This document shows, one piece after another, positions 51,416 through 60,997 of a stretch of DNA of 64,000 bases (position 1 is its first letter; every line of letters begins with the position of its first letter). Origin of the DNA: Malacoraja senta (lineage: Eukaryota). The stretch is taken from positions 5,146,001 to 5,210,000 of the forward strand of contig CM075993.1 of the NCBI GenBank assembly GCA_038087875.1. The letters run 5' to 3'. The notes below the pieces were generated by a model. The model was given only the letters and a program-made list of their open reading frames with translations. It was not told the origin of the DNA and did no database searches. A program made the translations under genes and the position numbers.

Positions 51416-52430
51416 AGGGCCTGTCCAACTTACGCGATTTTTTCGGCGACTTGCTGGCAGCCGTCATAGGCCGAAAATTTTTAACACGAGAAAAAGGTCC
51501 GGCGACTCCTCACGACCAAACAGGCTTCACCCTGCGACATGTCGTGAGGTGACGCCTGAATGGTCGTGAGTAGTCGCCCAAAGAGTCGTACATGTTGAAA
51601 ATTTTCGGCCACCTGCTGCGACCATAGGCGGAAATCCCGTGGGGGGGAAATACGTCCCCCTCATGTTTTGAGAGGTGGGGGACAATCCCCCCCATGTTTT
51701 ATAATCCGGATTTTGAAATTCTGTGATTTTTTTTTTAAATCTCTGCATTTCAACGTGACAGTGGGGGTGGGACTGATGATCGAGGGCGCCGATTGGACGA
51801 GAGAGACGTCGGTTAGCAGGCAATGGGGGGAGGGAAACATGATGATTCAACGCGATGATTGGAGGGGGGAGGTGTCGGTCAGAGGCGGAAGTAGGGGGGT
51901 GGGACTGAGGATAGAGCGCGGTGATTGGAGGAGGGAGACGTCCTGGTGGAGCAAAGATCATAGAGCGGAGCTTGAATCGGCCTGTTTGCGGGGCCTTTCA
52001 TCGCCCGGCCAGGCGCGGCTTAAAATCGGCCGCGGGATCTTCCACCGCCCCACGGTCAAATTGCTGCGTCGAGGCAATCGAGGCTCCTGATGTAGAAGCC
52101 CCCGCCGGGCGATGGAAGATCCCGTGGCCGATTTTAAGCCGCGCTGGGCAATGAAAGGCCCCGCGAACAGGCCGATTGAAGCCCCACGATTCGGGGCGGA
52201 CAAAGCCGCTGTTGCTGGAGTTCGGAGTCGGTCACCAACCAGGTCAGTTCCCGATGTTATCGTCCACAGGGCACGGCCGAAGCGTCGTGTGTGAGCGCAT
52301 GCGCGTGCGGCCGCCAAGAAATTGTGTCCCCTCCCCTCCCCATCTTTTGATAGCGATTTCCGTCCCTGGCTGCGACTATGACGGGTGCTGGCAAGTCGCC
52401 CAAAAAAATCGGGTAAGTGGGATAGGCCCT
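51416..52430. mobile_element. PIF/Harbinger-type MITE containing a nested hAT MITE
   Basis: TIR agggcctgtccaacttacgcgatttttt.ggcgacttgc..gca.ccgtcata at both ends; TAA on both sides. Confidence 0.88.
51623..52368. mobile_element. hAT non-autonomous element
   Basis: TIR cataggcggaaatc / cagggacggaaatc; perfect 8-bp TSD gctgcgac (51615-51622, 52369-52376). Confidence 0.9.
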
Positions 52431-55199
52431 TAAAGGGTGCGCAGTATGCCATTGCACAAATGTGGTGAAGGTTATTAATGTTTGGATTGGTGGATGGGGT
52501 CCCAATCAAGCAGATTTGTCCTGCATGTTTGTCCTGCAGTTAAACACTTTGTCCTGCATGTTGCTGACCTTTTATTGCTTTTGCATTCATCTGGACAGAT
52601 ACAGAATATTCCATCATGCTCCTGATTTGTGCCTTATCGATAATAGGGTGAGGTGGTGAGTCATTCGCCACAGGATACCCAGCCTCTTATCTGCCAATGT
52701 GGCTTGTAAGTTGAGTTCCTGGTCATTGCCAGTGGGGGATTCAGAGAAGGATCAATAAATGACACTGAATGCCAAGGATAGACTCCATCATGTTGAAGAT
52801 GGTCGTGTCTGGCACTTCCATGTCACATGTGTTACTGTCACTTATCAGCTCTTGTCTAAACATAGTCCAGGTCTTGCTGCATGCTAACATGGAATGTTTT
52901 ATTTTCCTGGGAATTATCAATGGATTTGGACTTTTGGTGCCGATGATGCATAACAAGCTGCAGCAAAAACTGGTTTGGATTAGCCCATTGCTCTGAGAAT
53001 GTATGCAGTGATGACCTGTGGCTACAATGCTTAAACCCCTAAAATCACAACCATTTTCCTTTTTAAGTAGAACAATTCCAACCATTGGGGTATTTTAACA
53101 GGAACAAATGCATAAGCATGTATTTGGCTCCTTTGGTCTACTTCGCTCAATAAAATCACAATGCCAACTGCACCAGTTTTACCAAGGCTCCTTGTCAAAT
53201 GTTGCCTTTATGTCAAGGACACCCATTCTCACTTCATCTTTGGAATCCAGCCATTCCATCATGTTTGGAATAAAGGGAGAAAGAGGACTAAATGTGATTG
53301 ATCCTTGTGAATCATAAACTGGTCATCAATGAGCAGGTTATCAGTAGGCAATGCCCTCTTGATATCACTGTTGACTCTTTCAATCACTTTGCTGACAATA
53401 GACTGATTGGAGTGTAATTAGCCTAACTGGATATGTTCTGCCTTGTGTGCATTAGGCAGATTTGAGCAATCTTTCATTGCTTAACCAGTAGGCAAAGAAG
53501 TTCAGGGTAAACAGATGTTCAGGGTGAACAGAATTATTTTGCAAGTTAGGTCGAGGAGAGTCAATTTTTTGATGAGCTAAACTTTACGGAGGGCAAAATA
53601 TCAGACACCAGCCAGGGATGCATTTGAAAAATCTTATCCACTGCACAAAAATCACTTAGTATTACAATATGGTCCAAACAATTTGTGAGACACTTTTGCA
53701 AACATTGTTTACTACTTGGTGTACTGTAGTTAATTCAACCGCTGATATGTATAACAATGTATCTGCACTTAAAATGTTGGTAGAACATAGTCCCTCTATT
53801 TCACTTGTCTTCATGTCTATCAAGTTCAATCAATTTGGTGCTGATTTTATTTATTAGCAATTACAATATGTCATGGAATTCAAGACTTTATCACTATGAC
53901 TTTTCCTTCCACAGACACCTCAGCAACTAGCAATAAGCTCAGTTCATACTATTTTAAGACCAATGTCAAAACATTACATATACAAACTACCACTGAATCA
54001 AATACGTAGTTTGGACAATGAATCGATCAGCAGCAGAGGTTTACGAGAACATGATGTTAAATGTCATAGATGAACTACAGCATCATTTGTTTGAGATCTA
54101 TAAATGGCTGAAATGTTGATCAGGTGGATGAACATATTCACAGAGTGCAATACAAGTCATCAAACCTATTCAATTTATAGTACTGGACAGAATGCAATAA
54201 AACATGGGATTTATGTTACTGTCACTACAATTTAATTCATTAAAATCTTCATGTCAATCGGCTGGAAAAGATTAGTTCAATTTTCATATTTGCTGTTCAA
54301 TTTGTGAAAATGACCCGAATCATTGGCCACCTACTCTCAACGCAAATACTGAATCCCAGAACAAATCTTTGTCACGTGGCTGTTAAAAAGTGAATATTGT
54401 CTTCATAAACTACTATTATTCTAATGTAGATAATATCAAAGTGTGCCACAAACTAGTAAGGAAAAATTATGTTTTGGTTTTATTCCTTTAAGATCAAACA
54501 AATGTTCTTCCAAAAACGACAGGAATCGCTTTAAACACAAGATTGCATTCTTATCTTTCCAAAATATATGAAATTGTTATGAAAGCTTCATAATACCCTT
54601 CTCCTAATAAACAGTACTGTATCAAATTCAATGTATAATAACAAGTATTACAATATGTAAACATAATGGAACACTTGATAAGAAATAGCATTCTGCCCTT
54701 TAGTTTCCGCAAAAACATTTATCATCCATCGTATTTTCTCCACTGCACAACTCCGCATAGCTGTATTCTAATAAATCCCTAACTTTATGCAAACAAATGT
54801 AAATACAAATTGCATCGCTCACACCCGTAAGTATATGGTGGTGCAGCAGTCCGAGACGGGACAGCATGGTCAAGGAAAGCGTACGTCCTGCCCACAAAAT
54901 GCCTCTTTCCACCCACTCGATTTATTTTTGCCAACCAATTTCTTTTTTAAACCATCTGCAAAGGCGAAAAGAAATCAAGGTCTTTCCCTTCCCACTACCC
55001 AAGAGTTGGGCTGGAAGTCCATCCGCCATTCAAGGACTTTCAGAGGAATAGAAATGCGGATTTAACGATTAAAATGAATCCGAGAAACCCCAGGTTGCAT
55101 TGCCGAGGTGTTTCACAAAACAAAAAGTTTGGCAGGAATCGTTTAACTTTGCAAGGCGAGAGAGATGTCGTTGTCTAGCAATGCGCAAACTTTCTTCAC

Positions 55200-55263
55200 C
55201 ATGGGATTTTTGCAACGGTATAAAAACTAAGAGGAGAAAAAGAGTGCAGATCGTGAAGATCAT
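55200..55263 (-). CDS. First coding exon segment of an unidentified secreted or type-I membrane protein gene (signal peptide MIFTICTLFLLLVFIPLQKSH-G, phase-1 intron)
   Basis: ATG in Kozak context (aagcaccATGa) inside a CpG island; hydrophobic core followed by an S-H-G cleavage-like site; candidate donor CATG|GTGAAG after 64 nt (suboptimal donor). A phase-1 signal-peptide exon is a common vertebrate layout. Confidence 0.7.
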
Positions 55264-55289
55264 GGTGCTTCTTGCAAATTTGGGCTACG

Positions 55290-55860
55290 TCTTGGATCAC
55301 ATTGCCAGCCGCGCTCGGGGGGCGGCCGGGCTCCGCCGCTCGCTCACCCTCACCCTCACCCTCACCCCCCGGCTGAAAGTTATTTAAAAAAATCAAACTA
55401 TCAATTTCACCGAGGTCCACAACAGTGGGAGCGATAGAACACGGGTCTTACCTATCGGATGACGAGGGTGACAGCAGCGCTGGATTTACCGATTAAAAAT
55501 ACCTCAAATTGATCCTTTTTTTTTTTCTCTCCCTCCCCCCGGCCGCGTTTATTCCCCCCTCACTGCGCTGCCGCGCCGCTGTGGTGCGGACTGAAAACAG
55601 TCAGGCGGCCGCCGACAGCGCGCGCTCCCGACGCGCGCGGCTGGAAGGGGTCTGTCGCGCGCACGTCGGCCGCGCCAGGGCAGGGGAATGGCCGTGGTAG
55701 CTGGCGGGCGGGCGGGCGGGCGCGCGCGCGCATTCCATCCCCCAAGGGCTCGCGCACAGCGTTGGCAAACGGGCATCTCGAGCATCAACGGACTTTCCTC
55801 CCCCAGGGGAGGGGGAGGGGGAGGGGGAGGGGGGGAGGGGAGGGAGGGCCATGGAGGGCA
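55290..55860 (-). promoter_or_regulatory. CpG island promoter and 5'UTR of the minus-strand gene
   Basis: Dense non-repeat CpG/GC (gcgcgcgcgcg, tandem gggcgggcgggcggg GC boxes, G-tracts) in an otherwise AT-rich, CpG-poor window, directly upstream of the spliced signal-peptide exon. Confidence 0.8.
55373..55451 (-). other. 79-nt 5'UTR intron between non-coding exon 1 (ends 55452) and exon 2 (55372-55200)
   Basis: Minus-strand donor ATAG|GTAAGA and acceptor tttgatttttttaaataactttcAG|CC; AT-rich dip within GC-rich DNA. Confidence 0.7.
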
Positions 55861-55955
55861 TAAGGATAAAGGAACAACAGAACAGAGCAATAAAATGGAC
55901 AGAGGGGGGGTAAAAAAAAAAAAAGACGGGCAATTCAATGAGGGGGCAATAGGTG

Positions 55956-56186
55956 GAGTGGTGAATCTCTGGAACTCTCTGCCACAGAGGGTAGTTGAGG
56001 CCAGTTCATTGGCTATATTTAAGAGGGAGTTAGATGTGGCCCTTGTGGCTAAAGGGATCAGGGGGTATGGAGAGAAGGCAGGTACGGGATACTGAGTTGG
56101 ATGATCAGCCATGATCATATTGAATGGCGGTGCAGGCTCGAAGGGCCGAATGGCCTACTCCTGCACCTATTTTCTATGTTTCTATG
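55956..56186 (+). mobile_element. Young CR1 3' fragment
   Basis: VVNLWNSLPQRVVEASSLAIFKRELDVAL...; (tttctatg)2 tail. Confidence 0.95.
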
Positions 56187-56558
56187 AAATAATAAATTGA
56201 AGGGGAAACATCACAAAGGGGTAATTGTATTGAGGGGGCAATAGAATGAGGTAATAAAATAGAGGGGTAAACAGATGGGGAATTCAATAAGGGGGCAGTA
56301 TGTGGAAGTACTAAAATAAAGGGTATTGAATGGGCAACATCAAAAAGGGGTAATTGTGTTGAGGGGGGAATAGAATGAGGTAATAAAATAGAGGGGTAAA
56401 CGGAGCAGAGGGATTCAATAAGGGGGCAGTATGTGGAAGTAATAAAATAAAGGGTATTGAATTGGCAACATCAAAACGGGGTAATTGTATTGAGGGGGCA
56501 ATGGAATGAGGTAATAAAATGGAGGGGTCAAAGAAAGAAAGGGCAATATAGTAAATGG

Positions 56559-56911
56559 CAGGGGCCGCGGAACATTTTTGATAGTGGGGGGGCTGAGCAA
56601 TCACTGATCACAGGCCTCGGGGGTACCGGCCTAGGGAGCGGAGCGACCGAGCGGTGGGGGAGGGTGGCACAATTATTATTTTTTGTTGTTGCTCGACCTC
56701 CTGGGGGGGGGGGGGGGTCCGCTCTATGATCTTTGGTTTTGCCGTGCTCACTTGTTCTGAGATTCTGGATGTCGGAGGTCCTCAGAAGAAGAGAAAAATA
56801 CGCCTGCGGGCCGGATAATTTTGGGTTATGAAGCATGTCTTGCCAAAAAGGTGGAGGGGCTCCAGCCCCCCCTCCCAGCCCCCAGTCCCCCGCCCGGTTC
56901 CGCAGCCCATG
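56559..56911. mobile_element. hAT-like MITE
   Basis: TIR caggggccgcggaac / catgggctgcggaac; aatgg on both flanks. Confidence 0.8.
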
Positions 56912-59273
56912 AATGGTCAATGGAATTGAGCAATAAAATGGAAGGGGACAAGGGCAATGGAAGGAAGGAATAAACTAACGGAGACTGCGCAACATAAAGG
57001 GGCAATTGAACAGAGGGGCAATAGAATGACGTAAGAAAATTGAGGGGAGAAAATGGAGGGGGGGGTCAAAGAAAGAGGGCTATCTAATAGAATGATAATA
57101 AAATAGAGGGGTCAAATAAAGAAGGGCAATGTAATAAAGGGGCGACAGAGTAGAGTGGCAGCAAACAAGGGAGTGAATGGAAGATCAAAGCAATACAATA
57201 TATGATATAAAGGAAATAGAGAGGAGAGGGGCAATATAATAAAATAAAGGCTGTAGAATGTAGAGGCGTAGAAAGAAGGGTGATCTAATAAAGGGGCAAT
57301 AGAATGGTAATGAAATAGGGGTCTGAACAGAGAGGAAGGTAAATAATTAGAAAGGGCTGGAGAAGTGAGGAGGCAATTAAATAAAATGGCAATTGGATAA
57401 CAGAATAAAGTGGCAATAGAATGGGGAGATGATAGATTGAAGGGGTAAACGAAGAAGAGAAATTGAATGAAAAGGAAAGGAAAAAAAAGAAAAGCAATGA
57501 AGTAAGGAGACAAAAGGATGGACCAACATGTGGAAAAGGAATAGTTATGGCAATGAAAAAAAAAGGGTGATAGGATGGCAAAGGAATGGAAAAAATAAGG
57601 GGGGGCATAGAATAGGTTAACACATTTCAAATTGTTTATAAGCAGTAATAAAATCATACTTATATCTTCTAATTAATGATATTGGTTGAGGGTTAACTAC
57701 AGGCTCAGGATTCACTCCCCTGCTGTTCAAAGATGCACCAATCACTTCTGCATTGGAGTTCAACTGAAACCTTTGTGCTCAAGTCTCTGCAATGGGGAAG
57801 GAACCCTAAGTTTCAAATTCAAAGGTAAGAATATTACTAACTACATAATTAAGATAAACATATTCTCATTTTCAGAGTTTATTCCTTCTTTCTAAACAGA
57901 GAAAATGAATTATCATCACCAACCCACACACCCCAAGTCCCACCTGTTGCCCATGGTGTTGTAGATTTGGGTTGCCCAACTTACAAAGCACAATAAAATC
58001 CTTCAAGGAAGCCAGTTTGCAATGAGTACAGTGTAACTGCAGCATGTTTAACATTCAGTTTCAAGTGCCAAGTTTGTAAAAATAGTTGTGTTTTTCATTG
58101 TGTTCAGTCTTTCCCGTTGGAATTGTTGACATAGTTTTGAGAAAGAAAATGAAAAGCCACTGAAAGTAATACAATTTTCTCTTGAAATATAAGCTGTTCA
58201 ATTTTGTTTTCACATGCTCCAAAATATATGACTAAGTGAATTGCACTCATTGCCTTAAAAATGTTAATGGAGATGATTATTGGCTTCAAAACGCTAAATG
58301 CGAAAGCATACGATACTGCAGCTGCTTTAATGTGTTGAAGCTTGGAAGAACTGAGCAGGCCAAGCAACAACTGGGAGGCAAAGGTTTGGCTGACATTTTG
58401 GATTGAGACCATGTATCATGAACATTAAAGTTCCTTCACCACAGTAACCAAGAATGCCAATGTTCATTTTCATTTGGAAATTTTAGTGGAATGTGTGTGT
58501 AGTGGAAACAATTTGGAGGAAGAAAATCCCAAGTTGGGAGATTTATTGGGGGATTTAAAGTTATAAATCATTAACAATTAAGCTGCTTCCTAAGATTCAT
58601 TGTACAAATATTGGATGGTTGATCAGACAGCAGTGACTCAAAATCCCATGGGGAGGAAAAAATCTAAATATTTTCAGGATAATATGTGCATAATAAAGTA
58701 TTTGGAATTAATAATATGTGCATAATATTTATCACTGTCTAAAGTACATACTGTATATTGAATGTGAAAGTCAAAAAAGTTGGATGGAATGTGAAGCATT
58801 TTTACACATTGGTTTTATCCAGAATTCTGCCTGTAAGTGTAATGGAACAGGTCTATCAAAAGTGAATTGGATAAGCTTTGGGTAGAAATAATCGGTAGCG
58901 TAACAAAGAAAGAGCAGGAGAATAGAATTGAATACATTTCCCAAAAAGGAACCTGATGGACTCTTTAGTCTATAAATCTTTCTTCTTTACCATATATATT
59001 ATCAGCATCACAGATACACACAATTTAGCATGAAAGGACAACTAGACCAAGGGTGGAACTTCCTGCCAGCACAAATGACAGATATATTAATGTACTAATT
59101 GTTGAGCCTAGATTATATATCAACCCGAGCAAATAGTCAACCTTGAAAGTGATGCAAAAAACATCACTGTTTGCTTGATGGTTAGTTTAGACTGGAGATA
59201 AAGATAAATTATGAGTTTGTGTCACTTTGAATACTACTACATTATATTCACATCAAATCTAGAAATTATCACT

Positions 59274-59462
59274 TGTGTTTAAGAAGGAACTGCAGATGCT
59301 GGAAAATCGAAGGTACACAAAAATGCTGGAGAAACTCAGCGGGTGCAGCAGCATCTATGGAGCGAAGGAAATAGGCAACGTTTCGGGTCGAAACGTTGCC
59401 TATTTCCTTCGCTCCATAGATGCTGCTGCACCTGCTGAATTTCTCCATAATTTTTGTGTCCC
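59274..59462. mobile_element. Penelope pLTR fold-back insertion
   Basis: ~72-bp inverted arms; perfect 15-bp duplication ctagaaattatcact (59259-59273, 59463-59477). Confidence 0.9.
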
Positions 59463-60699
59463 CTAGAAATTATCACTCCCTGCTTCTAAGTAGCATTTGT
59501 TAAATGCAGGGAAGGAGAATTAAAATTTCAGGTGACATTTTCAACACAATGGACATGACCGGTAATATTACAATATTTATATTGTCTGCGTTAGTAGCAT
59601 TTTTTTACAAATAACTTCTGCTAAAGGTTCAGTTGCATATAGTTGCTATACATCAAATGCAGGTGTCAACTGGGTTATGTGATCACAACTATGGAAGCAC
59701 AGTTGATGTTTGCATGCAACCTCATGAAACCTATCCTGTAATTTCCAGATATATGGATGGGGTACTCAAGAGGCAAGTGTGTTAAATTGTCATATGTATG
59801 GACAACAGAACAATTAAATTCTTATTTGCTGCAGCTTAACAGGCCCATAAATGTAATGAGGTCAAAATCATCTCACATCTATATAATATGATCTCCACAT
59901 ATAAACAGCCTGCCAACATCAAGATTCCTGTAAATAAGACAAAGACCAAAAAAAATAAAATTAATCAAACTAGCACGGGTAAATGCTTTCAGGAGTTAAG
60001 GATGAATAGAATGGGCAAAAGAAACATTATCTTTCAAATCACCATGCTGTACCAGTACAACAGACAACAACAAATGTCATTGCAATTTCTCCCTGCGTAG
60101 TTTAATTTAGCTATAGCTGTGAAGCAGTGCTAATAGACTGTATAAATCAAATCAAATAAAATAGCTTGTCCAAAATGGAAACGAATTACATCAAGACACA
60201 CATAAAGCAGGTTAAGAGAGAAAAACAAGCAAAATGCCATCAAATCATAATTAACATTCTAATTACATGTCTGGCTTGTTTTGTGAAGCCAATCAAGAAA
60301 TAACAACTGTTCCAGTGATGTTCAGCTGTGAGCAGCAGAGAAATGTACCCCATTCATTGACTTTCACATATTAGATATGGATTACCACATATAATGAACA
60401 CACTAAAGCACAATCTAAGGTTTAATTTCTATTTATTGATAGCAACTCTGAAAAACACTGCAGAATTGTTATCAACCTGGCCGCTTCATCTCACAAAATA
60501 ATTTAAATGCAGAAATAACAATTCTCTTCCCCTTTGTTATTGAATTTGTTTTTAGATAGGCACATGGATATACAGGGAATGCTGTATGTTTCATGTGCAA
60601 GCAGATGAGATCAGTTTATCTTGGCATTGTGTTCAGAACGGACATTGGGGACCGAAGTGCCTGTTCCTGTGCTGTAGTCTATTTGTTTATGCACCATGC

Positions 60700-60843
60700 G
60701 TGCCCTCTCATCCATTCTCAGCAACCATAGATTTAGGTTCTCACTTGGGAACCAGGCCAGCTCTATCAGGACCCTGAATGATGGTCTCCCCCAAGGCTCT
60801 GTCCTACCTCCCCTACTCTTCAACATTTATGTGAGTGACATGC
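60700..60843 (+). mobile_element. Isolated non-LTR RT-domain fragment (ingi/Vingi/I-group-like)
   Basis: ILSNHRFRFSLGNQASSIRTLNDGLPQGSVLPPLLFNIYVSDM contains the PQGSxLxPxLFNIY RT motif. Confidence 0.85.
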
Positions 60844-60997
60844 GACCCAACACTATGGCTCCCTGCAAATCTCTCAGTTTGTTGGCAAATTAGGAGCAGA
60901 CAACAAATGGCAGACAGAACTGATAACAGTGGGATGATGCAGAAGAATTTAGCTTTCAATCTCAATCTGTGCTGAATTTATTGATCACAGAAAAAAA

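Larger units (their letters stand above)
50945..53480 (-). mobile_element. Old non-LTR retrotransposon hosting nested insertions
   Basis: Tail ggccagcatttattgtccat..ccttgagaagg; RT motif remnant LDIKATFDK (gtcaaatgttgcctttatgtcaagg, ~53194-53218). Confidence 0.6.
55870..57610 (+). repeat. Purine-rich degenerate tandem repeat, including ~130-bp units at 56207, 56336 and 56467
   Basis: Recurrent gagggggcaatagaatgaggtaataaaatagagggg; strong A+G skew; interrupted by CR1 and a MITE. Confidence 0.8.

Noticed and set aside
51510-52509. Several 60-183 aa ORFs
   Set aside because: Inside nested MITEs; no transposase or host-protein motifs.
55200-55263. Naming the gene (TGFBR3-, PTPRC- or IL1RAP-like layouts considered)
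   Set aside because: Exon layout is similar but the leader peptide matches none well enough; no symbol assigned.
57112-57657. 181-aa hydrophobic ORF resembling a membrane protein
   Set aside because: Artefact of the pyrimidine-rich strand of the low-complexity repeat.
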